Positions 1 to 13,232 of a stretch of 64,000 nucleotides of DNA are shown here, one piece after another (positions within the stretch are counted from its first letter, which is position 1; each line of letters begins with the position of its first letter). A model generated the notes under the pieces. It was not told the DNA's origin. It did no database searches and saw only the letters and a list, made by a program, of their open reading frames with translations. The stretch comes from Octopus bimaculoides (lineage: Eukaryota): contig NC_068995.1 in the NCBI RefSeq assembly GCF_001194135.2, positions 54,194,846 to 54,258,845 on the forward strand, given 5' to 3'. The position numbers were made by a program, and so were the translations under genes.

Positions 1-1295
1 CTGAGATTCATTTTCGTAATAAATCAATAAATAAAATGGTATTAGTGTTTAAAGTTTGCAAATTTTACCCAATCGTAATCCACAAACGCATTCATCCCAG
101 TTTCCGTCTTAACAAGCGAAACATGAGAACTGAAGGAAATAGGTATTTACAAATATTTTCCTCTTGCTGAGGTTGTCGTGCTAAAAATAACAACCAAATA
201 GACCTTAAATACTGTGTGTAGAATACAAATTCGCAAACGTTGTCTGAAAATTGTTTAAGTTATGGAATGTTAAATGGCATGCGTAAAACAGAATTTCATT
301 TGTTTACATTTGGCAACACGTGCTGTCACGCAAAAAATGACAGCTTCCAAATCTTGTTTTCTGAGAGGATGGAAATTATCAAACTTTAAACCTCTATAGC
401 TCTTTAAAAATGTTTTCTGGGAAAAGAGAAATATCTCCCGAGCTTCAGTTTGCAGAGCGACATTAATATACCAAATTTAAAAATTTTNNNNNNNNNNNNN
501 NNNNNNNNNNNNNNNNNNNNNNNNNNNNNNNNNNNNNNNNNNNNNNNNNNNNNNNNNNNNNNNNNNNNNNNNNNNNNNNNNNNNNNNNNNNNNNNNNNNN
601 NNNNNNNNNNNNNNNNNNNNNNNNNNNNNNNNNNNNNNNNNNNNNNNNNNNNNNNNNNNNNNNNNNNNNNNNNNNNNNNNNNNNNNNNNNNNNNNNNNNN
701 NNNNNNNNNNNNNNNNNNNNNNNNNNNNNNNNNNNNNNNNNNNNNNNNNNNNNNNNNNNNNNNNNNNNNNNNNNNNNNNNNNNNNNNNNNNNNNNNNNNN
801 NNNNNNNNNNNNNNNNNNNNNNNNNNNNNNNNNNNNNNNNNNNNNNNNNNNNNNNNNNNNNNNNNNNNNNNNNNNNNNNNNNNNNNNNNNNNNNNNNNNN
901 NNNNNNNNNNNNNNNNNNNNNNNNNNNNNNNNNNNNNNNNNNNNNNNNNNNNNNNNNNNNNNNNNNNNNNNNNNNNNNNNNNNNNNNNNNNNNNNNNNNN
1001 NNNNNNNNNNNNNNNNNNNNNNNNNNNNNNNNNNNNNNNNNNNNNNNNNNNNNNNNNNNNNNNNNNNNNNNNNNNNNNNNNNNNNNNNNNNNNNNNNNNN
1101 NNNNNNNNNNNNNNNNNNNNNNNNNNNNNNNNNNNNNNNNNNNNNNNNNNNNNNNNNNNNNNNNNNNNNNNNNNNNNNNNNNNNNNNNNNNNNNNNNNNN
1201 NNNNNNNNNNNNNNNNNNNNNNNNNNNNNNNNNNNNNNNNNNNNNNNNNNNNNNNNNNNNNNNNNNNNNNNNNNNNNNNNNNNNNNNNNNNNNNN

Positions 1296-1333
<38 letters not shown>

Positions 1334-3034
1334 CTCATACATGTATTAAAATATATATATGGACCCATACATGCATATACACATACGCATATATATATAT
1401 ATTATGCATGTATATATAATGTTATGTATATAACACAAACACAAACACATATCTATACCCATGTGTGTGTTTGCATTTGCAATGAGTACACTTACTTGTG
1501 TAAGTATTATTTTAGCACTTGCTGTGAATTAAAAAAATAAACAAGCAAAAATGCTCATATCATTGGATGGGATTAAAGGAAGTTAAACTGATGCTTCTAT
1601 TAGTTACAAAGGCAATGTTTTATTATCCTTGAGCTTACTGAGAGTAAATTTACAGCGATATTGAGTTTGCCAACATTACAGCAAAGCTATAGAATTTACG
1701 ACGTAATCAATGTGTCTAATAAAGTTGAGCCTAGAAATTTCCATTCGACATTCGATCTTCCAAGAATTGTTTTTTAGTATCACAATCGTAAATCAAGTTT
1801 AACAAATTGTGATCCTGGTTTTAAATTAATCATAGAAAAATGCAAAAAGCTTGTTTTATAGGGGGTAGTGAAACATCAGAAAAGATCTATTTTTCCTTAA
1901 TATAGTTTAGATGACGTAACAATGTAATGGTGACCAAAACAAAAAGCTAATTTCATGTGAAGTCAACAGTTTGCATAGTAATTCATGATGAGAAACTAGG
2001 TACGAGATTCGAATAAACAATTTTTTTTTAAATGCTAAATACAAAGAATAATTTGAAAACACTTATTAAAATTTATAGCTTTGTACATCATATGTACGAG
2101 AGCATTTGATCAATATTTTCAGTTAAAAATGTCATCCAAATAGAATCAGTTTCCTTAGAGCCATTTTCCTGTCCAATGCTTAATATGCCTGTTCTTCAAT
2201 TTGACAAGCATATGTCTCAATTTCAAACGAAATATCTGTTTTAGTAAGCCAAATGAGGTATGATATTCATACCTGGACAAGCTTACCAATGATGTTTCCA
2301 TATAAACTTCCGTAATATGTATTCTATAAAGAAGAGGGTAGAATTGAAGTATTCGACATTGGAATTCGTATGTGATATCGGATTTCATTAAATGTCAACA
2401 CTTCATTAATTGTGTTGAGATGTACAATCTTTTCAATTAACTCCCTTACTCAACTGGCATTTATCTATCAAACCGTAAAGAATGAATCTAGCAACTGAAC
2501 GCGACACGATTCGAACTCAGTATTACACGTACACAAATAAGTATCACTATTCGCCCACCAATCTATTGATCCTGGTAACGCACCAAACTATTTACTGAAG
2601 CAACATTACAAAGTGACTTAATGAGTAACAGAAGTAACAGTTACGTTTCGCTCATCTACAGAAAACGGAAGGCAAATACCTCTGAATCACATTCTAACAA
2701 CTCAAAAAAGAAAAGAAGCATTGAATAATGTCATCACACATGCGTTTCATAAATTGACTGAGAGTCAATGGTAACAGACTGATGAAGCAGATCACATGTT
2801 GCCTTTCACACGAATAACCAAACAGCATTTGATTTATTAACGTTAATAGGTTGGATGTTGGGCATTCGGGGCGTTTGCATTCTTCCAAATGGAATTGTAT
2901 GTGAATGTGTGCAATTAATTTCAACCTTAAACGATGTTAATGATCCATTACGTACATTATCAATATGAAATCGAAGAGAAGCATTTAGTGAGAGCAAACA
3001 AAAACTGTGGGTGCTATAGGTATCGTTATTAAGA

Positions 3035-3270
3035 AGGCAGCAAGCTGGTAGTGTCATCAGTACGCCAGTGAAATACCTTAGCGTCACGTCGTCAAACTTT
3101 ACGTCCTCAGTTAACATTCCACCGCGACCGATTTTGCTTTTGACCATTTCAGTCTCAATAAAATAAATACCAATTGAACACTGGGGTCGACTTAACCGAC
3201 TTCCTTATCCCCTTAAAATTTATGGCCTTCATCCGAAATTCGAAACCATTATAACTATTGTTATTAAGAG
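3035..3270 (+). mobile_element. Degenerate Meta-like SINE copy
   Basis: AAGGCAGCAAGCTGG head; TTTGCTTTT..CATTTC..ATAAAATAAATACCA..CTGGGGTCGA body. Confidence 0.6.
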
Positions 3271-4079
3271 TGGAATATTTGCAAAATAGTGCTGTTTGCT
3301 CTGACACAACGTTTAAGTTCAAAAACCGCTGGAGATAAACATCGACTTTTCTACTATCGTGGAATAGTCAATTTCTGGAACGACCTAATCGACTAACACG
3401 ATCTCCTATCACAAAATGGTCTTGTGCCCGAATCTGAGATACTAATTTAGGTTATTGCATTTGGTTGTAGTAGTTCGGCCCATTTATCGACATTGGAAGA
3501 GTTTTTAATGATATTGCAGCAATGGTTATCTGACATTACAGTCAGATAATACATAACAGCCTACACAAATTAGCTCGTTTTCGAGAAGTCAAGCAATCCT
3601 GTAAGTAATTTCTTTATTCATATTCTTATGCTGAATGCAGACAATATCATTATATTGCTAATAACAACTAAGATTCTTATAGTTGTAAATATTAAGATAG
3701 ACGTGCAAAACAAAGATAGTTGTAATGTGAGTATGTATAAGATAAAATAGATTAAAATAAATTATGGGAATAATGCATATTATAAAACGATACTGGGTTT
3801 TAAATCATTCAATTTGTGCTAATATATATATGCTTTTATGTAGAAAGTATAAGATTTAAACTGAATCATTATGAAATGCATTGCGAGCTTTTATTAATTT
3901 ATTTGGCTGACATTTTTCTTCTTGATAATTGTTGTTGAAAATATTGCTGTTTAACATTTCTTTAGCCTCCTCAGTTGGACCAATAAGATCGGAATGCATT
4001 CTGGCTTTGGCCGCTTTATTGGTCTTTAAAATTCGAAGTGCATGATATACAACGTTCATTATTGTTGTTTTCTTTTAAG

Positions 4080-4314
4080 ATGGAAAAATATTATCGAGAT
4101 GGGATTGGTTGCTGTGCCTAAAAGATCGAGCAAATATCTGCAGCATACATTGTTATGTTGTAAATGATAAGTTTGAAGCTGATGTAACTGTTCAGAATGT
4201 CCACGAGAAGCATTCCAGAAGACCACAAACATCAACAACCCCAACAAAGCAAGAAGGAGTACTGGAAACGAATCACCAAAGTCAAAAAAATCTGTGCGGC
4301 ACGCGAGTCATGTG
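4080..4314 (+). CDS. Candidate host-gene exon: 5'UTR plus CDS start at ATG 4197 (MSTRSIPEDHKHQQPQQSKKEYWKRITKVKKICAARESC-, phase 1); product unknown
   Basis: Acceptor TTGTTTTCTTTTAAG (AG 4078-79) and donor TG|GTAGGT (4315). ATG 4197 has A at -3, 39 open codons, about half GC3 in an AT-rich background. A second frame (from 4082) is open across the whole exon. No homology recognised. Confidence 0.4.
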
Positions 4315-4541
4315 GTAGGTATTCCAAAATCATATAGCTGTATTAAATATAACTTTTCCTTGCCGCATTAACAGGCCAAAGAGTAAAATCTCTTATATGC
4401 ATGCTTTTTGTCACGTTTCGTTCCTTTCTTCTTTCCTCTATCTCGTTCTCTCGTTGCTTCGCAAAAACCAGCAATATTGCAGGCTGAGTCCGAAACATCG
4501 CTGCATAGCGCGCACAGCGTTATAGAAACACCTCTATAGTG

Positions 4542-4544
<3 letters not shown>

Positions 4545-4610
<66 letters not shown>
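4545..4610. repeat. (AC)n microsatellite
   Basis: Directly visible. Confidence 0.97.
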
Positions 4611-4614
<4 letters not shown>

Positions 4615-6906
4615 CATTTTTATTTGTGTACATATGTATGTATTATGTATGTATATATANNNNNNNNNNNNNNNNNNNNNNNNNNNNNNNNNNNNNNNNN
4701 NNNNNNNNNNNNNNNNNNNNNNNNNNNNNNNNNNNNNNNNNNNNNNNNNNNNNNNNNNNNNNNNNNNNNNNNNNNNNNNNNNNNNNNNNNNNNNNNNNNN
4801 NNNNNNNNNNNNNNNNNNNNNNNNNNNNNNNNNNNNNNNNNNNNNNNNNNNNNNNNNNNNNNNNNNNNNNNNNNNNNNNNNNNNNNNNNNNNNNNNNNNN
4901 NNNNNNNNNNNNNNNNNNNNNNNNNNNNNNNNNNNNNNNNNNNNNNNNNNNNNNNNNNNNNNNNNNNNNNNNNNNNNNNNNNNNNNNNNNNNNNNNNNNN
5001 NNNNNNNNNNNNNNNNNNNNNNNNNNNNNNNNNNNNNNNNNNNNNNNNNNNNNNNNNNNNNNNNNNNNNNNNNNNNNNNNNNNNNNNNNNNNNNNNNNNN
5101 NNNNTATATTCATACTTGCACATATGTTTATGTGTACATACATTTATGATATAGAGACATGGATATATGCATTCTACACATATATGTATGTATACACATA
5201 TATGCACTTATGCAAACAGACACATATATATCCGTGTGTACAAGGGTTACTTATACTTTCAAAAGCTATAACGCACAATGCACAATTTAGTGTGTGAAAC
5301 ATAGACATAGCGGCAGATGTTATTGGCGATATGTTATAAGTAAGTTGTTTCATGTCTTAATTAGGGTTTAATTACACATTCATTTTACTAGATTTAATTA
5401 CCCAGCCCAATTTTTACAAGTGTAATTATATCAAAAGACACTTCAGTGGAGTGATGTTACAGCTGCACGAATGTTGAGGGACTTAGGTGATTTTGTGTTT
5501 TCCTTTCATTGTACGGGAAAATATCATGAGATATAATTCCATTAAATTTAAACATATTTTACGTTGTAAAAATGGTGGATGAGAATTGTAACTAGAGAAA
5601 AAAATTGAGGGTTAATATAAAACGTAATTAAAAAAAGAACAGAAAGAATATACGTATTCTGACCTAGACTTAAAGCACGCGTCTGAAATTTTCGAAAAAT
5701 TAAAAAATTTCTACAGGAACGTTTTATGGAACCTTGTTGTTTTAGTTACATATCTATGCAACTCCATTTCGGACGCTACATTTCAAATTTATGGGTCGTA
5801 ATATTTCCCTTAATGCAGCTACTCATTAAAATATTTTGCTACGGTAGATATATGCAGGCTTACATATGTGTGTCCCACCATTAACTTTTATAAAATGAAT
5901 GATATCTACGCTCTGCATCACATCACAAATCCCACCATTTTGTTTGCTTTCCCACGGATAAATTCTGCATTTTATAGTCTTTTCTACTTAATAAAAGTTA
6001 TTTATTTCAACGATTAGTAAATTAGGATGTTCCTCACTTTTTCCGTGTGTCTTACATTCCTCATTCAAACCATGCCGCACATGTTATTCTTTTCAATACT
6101 CTGTCGAATATGTGTTTAATAGTTCATGCATAAATTACTCTCTCTATCTCATTTTCTCCCCCACCTCTCTCTCTTCTTCTGTATATATATANNNNNNNNN
6201 NNNNNNNNNNNNNNNNNNNNNNNNNNNNNNNNNNNNNNNNNNNNNNNNNNNNNNNNNNNNNNNNNNNNNNNNNNNNNNNNNNNNNNNNNNNNNNNNNNNN
6301 NNNNNNNNNNNNNNNNNNNNNNNNNNNNNNNNNNNNNNNNNNNNNNNNNNNNNNNNNNNNNNNNNNNNNNNNNNNNNNNNNNNNNNNNNNNNNNNNNNNN
6401 NNNNNNNNNNNNNNNNNNNNNNNNNNNNNNNNNNNNNNNNNNNNNNNNNNNNNNNNNNNNNNNNNNNNNNNNNNNNNNNNNNNNNNNNNNNNNNNNNNNN
6501 NNNNNNNNNNNNNNNNNNNNNNNNNNNNNNNNNNNNNNNNNNNNNNNNNNNNATATATATGAGTATGAGTGTGTGTTTTTTTACGCCTAGTAATACACAT
6601 ACATTTAAAGCTTGTACACACTTATCCTTGATTGTGCTTACATCATTCACATTACTGTTAGATTTTGTGATGGTTTATTTTTTTCTTGGTTGAAATATAC
6701 ATATCAGATACTGAATTTGAATTCTCCATGTGTAGTCGCCTCATGCTGCAAAATTATACATATATGCATGTGTCCTATTACCATTACTTGATTAAATCGA
6801 TTCTCTAACAGCCTTATCTGTCCAATTATAGGACAGTTCTTTACATGCTTTGAAATGATAAAATATATTGCCGCATATGTTTTCCCACTGCCTAATAACG
6901 TTGGGG

Positions 6907-6990
6907 ATGATAATGAGGATGATGAGGATGATGATAATCTGATGATGATCATCATCACCATGATTATGATGAGGATGATGATGATGACTA
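6907..6990. repeat. Imperfect (GAT)n microsatellite
   Basis: Directly visible. Confidence 0.9.
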
Positions 6991-9160
6991 CAAAGATGAC
7001 AAGTAATGTCGGAGGAAAGGAACGTGAATATAAAAAAATCAAAATTGTGTTAATATAGTATATAGAGATATACTGAAGTATATATACAAATATAATATAA
7101 AATTTATTCACTTCATGTTCAAATATAATCTCGCAATGGCCGGAAAAACTGTCATAAGCAACATATTGGCATTAATATTAATGAATGTAATTATGATTAC
7201 GAAGATAATTTTAATTACAATATACTTAACCATTTGTAGAATGTAGGCATCTTATACAAAATATGGCACTTGCTCCTCTGACCAGTTGCGTTGAAAGTTT
7301 TTAACTGCCACATAAAAGAACGAAATTCGTCGCCCAAATCGCATCAAAATTGTTTGGCCTGCAATGTTGAGGTCAAATTTATCTAGCAAAGTATTAGATG
7401 ATAGTAGCAAACATCCTAAATACTATGCATCATCGTACACCAGAATCATTATTTTCTTCAAATATAGGCCGACTTTAGTATTTAATAGGATAGAAACTGA
7501 ATAATAAGAAACCATCCAAATTAGACGTAATTGTAAGACACTGTGGATGCAACAGTAGATCGGTACTGCCTGAGATCGAATGAGTAAACATTTGTATAAA
7601 ATAAGTAACCAATAGTTATTATCAGTTTCACACACATACACAGACGCTTACAAACACACAAACACAGACACACACAATCACAGAGACACGCACATGTGCA
7701 TATACATATCTACATAAACGTGTGTGTGTGTGTGTGTATGTGTGTGTGTGTGTGTGTGAGTGTGTGTGTGAGTGTGTTTGTTTGTTTTGCTTGGAAACAG
7801 TTGTGACTATCTATGTTGGGAAATAATGAGGTAATTATGCTATCATTCTTGATGTTGAAGCATATCCATAGGAATTTATGTGAATTACATATCCCGAATT
7901 ATATTGAATTCAAGAAAAACTTAATAGAGGAAATCTTGAGAGGAGATGATGATGGTGATATGACCAACATACTTGTAGGACCCTACAAAGATATTGATAG
8001 AATATCGGGCAATTATGCACCGATAACGAGAAGAACAAAGATTACTTAAAAGGAAAAGACATTTTGTTTCTGAATTCGAAAAAGAGAATCCGTAAACTCT
8101 ACTCGTGTATTAGGCATCGAAATTTATTGGTTGCTTTTGTTAAATCTACTCCAATTGTTGTCATCAGTAAACGCGTAACAGAGTGGTGTCTGAGTATATC
8201 AGATTATTGAAATAATTTTGAAATATTTTCTATTCAGTAACATCGAGTGCTTCCATCGTGTTTCGCTGAAGATTCATTTTTGAGATACTGTTCATTTGCA
8301 AAGTCCATTAATTTTATCTTTCTATAAATTCTGTAATATCTTGGCTAGTCATCTCGTTTCACGGCCAGCTGACGGTGTTCGGGATTCCACTACTTTTGAT
8401 AATTGCGAATTTTTACTTCATCGTAGAAAAAAAACAATGTTTTTGCAATTGTGTTACTGTTAAATGCCTTGATAATTTACTCGTGTTTAGAATGGAAATT
8501 ATTAATAGTAGTACCTAATATCATTCACTAGTATCCTTAATCACAAGAAACCGGCAGTGATCTGTGCCGGTGAAAATTAATCCATGATAAAACTAAATTT
8601 ATGGCTGTCAAATATACTTTTTTTCCTGGTCGGATAAATGTTATTTAACGTAATGTTCATTACACCAAGCCTTTTATCTTTTATGTTTCAAGTTACATTA
8701 AATGATATAACACGCTGTCTGAATATGATACAAGAAAAGCTGCATATGCGTTCAGATTTATGTTGGACTTCAGTTCGTGTATGGATCAATGCACGATAGC
8801 CTGTTTTAGTGTCTAATTAGGATTTGACAAGCGTAAACGCATTAGTACATACAGCATGCGAATTCGTGAAATTCTTTTTCCTTGCGTGATTGTATGATTG
8901 GGCTGATAACTGTTACTCAATGCATCACGGATTAAAACGATTTATGATGCGGTCAACAATTGAAAGGAAATAACTATAAATTGTTTAGTTTTAAGCATAC
9001 ATTTGCGAAACAGATGGTTTTACAAATACTACAATCTGTTTGAAACATTCCTGATGTGAAATCGTGTGTTGAAACATATATTGTTTGTTGTATTTTGGTT
9101 AGGTCATTTTTTTCTCTTCCTAAATAAACATACATACACAATATATATATATATATATAT

Positions 9161-9420
9161 CGTAGTTGAAAGCTGGTAAATTTCTAGTCCCCTTAAAAAG
9201 CGTCTTGATAAAGGCATTATAGTCTTTCCTCTGAGGATTGGCGAAGTCTTGCAGCAACTGTTTGCTCTTGGTTTGTTCTTTGTCTCATCTGTCGCTGACT
9301 TACGTTCTTATTGGCAACTCCTGCTGTTTGTCTTTGTCTTGCATCCTTTAAACGTTTTTCTCTTTCCTTTTTCGACTCTTGGCTCTGGCGGATTGCATTT
9401 AGTTTCCTCGGAAAATTTTT
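9161..9420 (-). mobile_element. Helitron RepHel N-terminal fragment
   Basis: Reverse strand: RQSQESKKEREKRLKDARQRQTA...RQRTNQEQTVAARLRQSSEERL followed by PAFNY, resembling the R/E/Q-rich repeat and AFxY motif of animal Helitron N-termini. Confidence 0.6.
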
Positions 9421-12226
9421 TGAAAGTTTTACGTAAATATCTTCACAAGAGTGTATGTGTGTGTATGCGTGTGTGTGTGACTGTGTGTGCGTGTATGTGT
9501 GTGTGTGTGTGTGTATTTGTGTTTATACCGTTATTTCCTACTTGGCATTTCACAACCACTTTTCGTTTATTTAATCACATCATTCCCGTACAATAGCATT
9601 TCAGTAAAAACGGAACGATACAAATGCACCAGACAGAAAAAGAAACGATAATTACCGGGGACGAGGATCTGTTCAACAAAAACCCTTCAACAGTGTGCCT
9701 CAGCATTCGTAGCAATCCAATGAGTGAAAGTTGCAAAAGCTAAAACAAAGATTCGCGTCGAGTACTCAGTGTTGAAGAGTCAAATTCCAAGGAAACTACG
9801 ATGAATGCCTGAATATTTCTAACAGAAACTGACGGAGATCCATAAATGCTACACGCCACAAATATTATGTAATCTTACAAGGGAAAATAGAACCATTGGC
9901 ATAGATGTATGGCCATCTGGTAGAAGCAACCAATCATTCCAAAATTACATACAAACCGTGCGACATTTGACAATGTTTTCCATAATAAACTATGCTTAAA
10001 ATACGTCAGAAGTGTTACTGCTGAGAAATTATTGATGATGCACCTGCTCGATGAATGTAGTCGTGGCAAGAATGTATGTGCTCATGTTTAAATGTTCATA
10101 GTGATGTATAAATATGAGAATATATATCAATACACACATGTGAGAGAAAAAGAGAAAGAGAGGGAGAGAGGGAGGGAGAGAGAGAGAGACGGAAAGAGAG
10201 AGAGTTACACAATGAATTCATCACTAACTGCAGTTGATGCTGCTTCTCCCTCTGTTAAAATTTGTTTTTTCCTGATATTTGTTTAAAATAAAATACACTC
10301 AGATATGAGCATTAAATATTTCGATGTTCAACTTAGTATTCTGAAGCAACAATCACATGATGTACGCAACATCCCGTTCACCCCTATACTTCTGACCCTA
10401 GCATACGAAAATGACTATCCAGCGCTGGCTACTAGTAATTTAGGAAAAACATGCCTCTATGATTCAAATAAACCCAAGAACGGGTCTTTGTAAATTCAGC
10501 GAAACTGTTTTCAAACCTGATATCAACAGAAAACAAATTACGCACAAAGTTTTTAGATTCTTACATCCACTGCCTGGATAGTAAATATAATGCAAATTTT
10601 CAAACACATGATCAATGCTCAAGGAAGAATATTTTATTTGGAGTCGTATTGCCTGAAGCGGCTAAATAAATATACAACAGACAATATATTAAAGCAGGTT
10701 ACATATCGCCATCGGTAATAAACTGAAAAATAAACAACACAATAAACGTTACAATAAACGTTATGGAAAAAGAAAACCATCTTAATAGAAAACAAATAAA
10801 GTCATGTGACAAATATTGGACTATTAATAAATATGAAAAACAATTCATTTACAAAGAATGAATATAATTAAAACATGATGATTAAAATCAATGAGCGTGC
10901 CATTTCAATCACATATAGACTGAGCGGATTTGCATGGTAGCATAGATAAACATGAGGCTTCTCGTCCTCTGTATTGTATTATGAGGCCTGTTTAATCTTT
11001 CAGTCATACACCATAGAATCTCACGTGCTTTACCACCGTCTGTCTTTGAAGATTAAGTCAGTATTGATCTTTCAATTTTACCCTCAATCACAAATGCATA
11101 CGTACGCACTTATACACTCGTACACGCACACACACAGGCACACACACGCACACACACAATATACGCTTTGAAATCAAGCAACTTCGGGTTCATTATAAAT
11201 ATTGTTTGCTTAGATGTTTACTAGCAAAGAAATTTATGATTAGAATAGTGGTTACCGATATATACCTGTACGAAATTCCATCGATCTCAAAAAATAAAGA
11301 ACAAAACTTTTCCTTGAAGGATTTGAAATCAGAAGCTACTTCATGCAATATTTAGATCGAATATAACTACACTAGATGAAGGGAAAATTATTATAGATTC
11401 GGAGAAAATACTCTGTAGGGGGAAATAAAGTAACGGGGAGGATAAATACTGCATTGCGATTTCAATTCACATTATGTGAAACTGAATGCAAATCCAGTAG
11501 TGAATAACACGTAAAAGATCTGGGATATTCATTGATATGGACAGGTCTCTTGTCGAGAGTAACAAATCAATTTTATCTATTTGACAATAACAAAACATCG
11601 ATGTCTGTCGCGCAGAAAAAAAAAAAAAACAGAAAAACGGTTCTGATGTGAACTGTCGCTCTTGGCTATGACCTGCTTTTGGGTATTTTTTTGTTTTTTT
11701 ACATCAAGAGCATTGAAATTATATTCTCTCACGCTTAACAAACGCGGCCACCCGGCAAACTAACAACACACACACCTCGCGTATAAGTATTCGACTTCTA
11801 ATTCATATTTGAATGTATTTGAATATGTGTGTGTACATACATACATGCATCACACACACNNNNNNNNNNNNNNNNNNNNNNNNNNNNNNNNNNNNNNNNN
11901 NNNNNNNNNNNNNNNNNNNNNNNNNNNNNNNNNNNNNNNNNNNNNNNNNNNNNNNNNNNNNNNNNNNNNNNNNNNNNNNNNNNNNNNNNNNNNNNNNNNN
12001 NNNNNNNNNNNNNNNNNNNNNNNNNNNNNNNNNNNNNNNNNNNNNNNNNNNNNNNNNNNNNNNNNNNNNNNNNNNNNNNNNNNNNNNNNNNNNNNNNNNN
12101 NNNNNNNNNNNNNNNNNNNNNNNNNNNNNNNNNNNNNNNNNNNNNNNNNNNNNNNNNNNNNNNNNNNNNNNNNNNNNNNNNNNNNNNNNNNNNNNNNNNN
12201 NNNNNNNNNNNNNNNNNNNNNNNNNN

Positions 12227-12269
<43 letters not shown>

Positions 12270-12684
12270 GCAGTTTGATGAGAGGTTGGACATAGCGAAC
12301 ACTTGATTATGGAGCGGTTTTCTAAAACAAACAACCATGCCTGGTCCGCTATACACCTTATATTTTTGAATCTGGTCTAACGGACTAATATAATGTAATT
12401 TAGATATTTGAATTTGTTTTCCTAATAACAAGATAAAAGAAATGTGATGTCCCTATTGAGTATGTAATGTAATGTTTATTGTTAGTAATTTTGTTTATTG
12501 ATTGAACTTAAAGTAAAATATTTAGTCCGAATCATTCTGAAAAAAAGATATTTATGTGATATTGAAAAAAGTACATATAAATCAAAGTGGAAATGATCAG
12601 TTCGAAAAGCAATATCAAAAAGATTTACATATTGAAGTATATATTTAATGTAGGAAAATTATAATGATCACTGTAGATACAAGC

Positions 12685-12790
12685 ATGGCTGTGTTTCGTG
12701 TTCGTGTCCTACAGCGCCACAATTTCCGACTCAAGCGTTAGTGAGTGGATATGGTAGATGGTACGAAAAAGTTTCCCGTCGTACATTGAT
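12685..12790 (+). mobile_element. Degenerate SINE fragment
   Basis: GTGAGTGGATATGGTAGATGG..AAAAAGTTTCCCGTCGTA matches the body of the 23721-24101 family. Confidence 0.5.
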
Positions 12791-13192
12791 ATACTTACAT
12801 ATACAGACATAAAATGAGACACACGATGAGACACAAGATGAAGATGTGATACTTTAGCAACACATGGAATAAAATTCTAACGATTTCATTATTACGTACA
12901 GGACTTTGAGGTCTCGAGAAAAATCAAGTTCTCGTTTCTAAACGACTGGAAAGACTAAGACAAATAGTAGTATACGTATAATTTCCTACAGATTCTAATT
13001 GAATACATGACTGTTGGAAAATAACTTCCGTTGCAAGAAATTTAAAGATAACGTTCGTCTGAAACAGAGACTCAAACAAAAAACTTACACTAAATAACAA
13101 TGTATGACAATGGAAACCATATTACGAAACTAAATTCTGAAACATTCTGCCTCGACTACTTAAATTAGCAGAATAAATAAATATTTGTATAC

Positions 13193-13232
<40 letters not shown>

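Noticed and set aside
3856-4059. Minus-strand 67-aa ORF
   Set aside because: No credible donor site or recognisable motif.
4460-4510. Hammerhead-like GCAGGCTGAGTCCGAAACATCGCTGC (also CTGATGAG at 21288)
   Set aside because: The CUGANGA core or stem II/GAAA arrangement is incomplete.
7900-8400. Possible RT remnant on - (VDLTKA, RVLQ); similar hints at 40880-41080 (ISKAFE) and 44020-44150 (LEFLD)
   Set aside because: Only isolated short motifs; too degenerate to call without a profile search.
11272-11291. Minus-strand 20-nt exon candidate
   Set aside because: Needs a GAG acceptor, which is rarely used.
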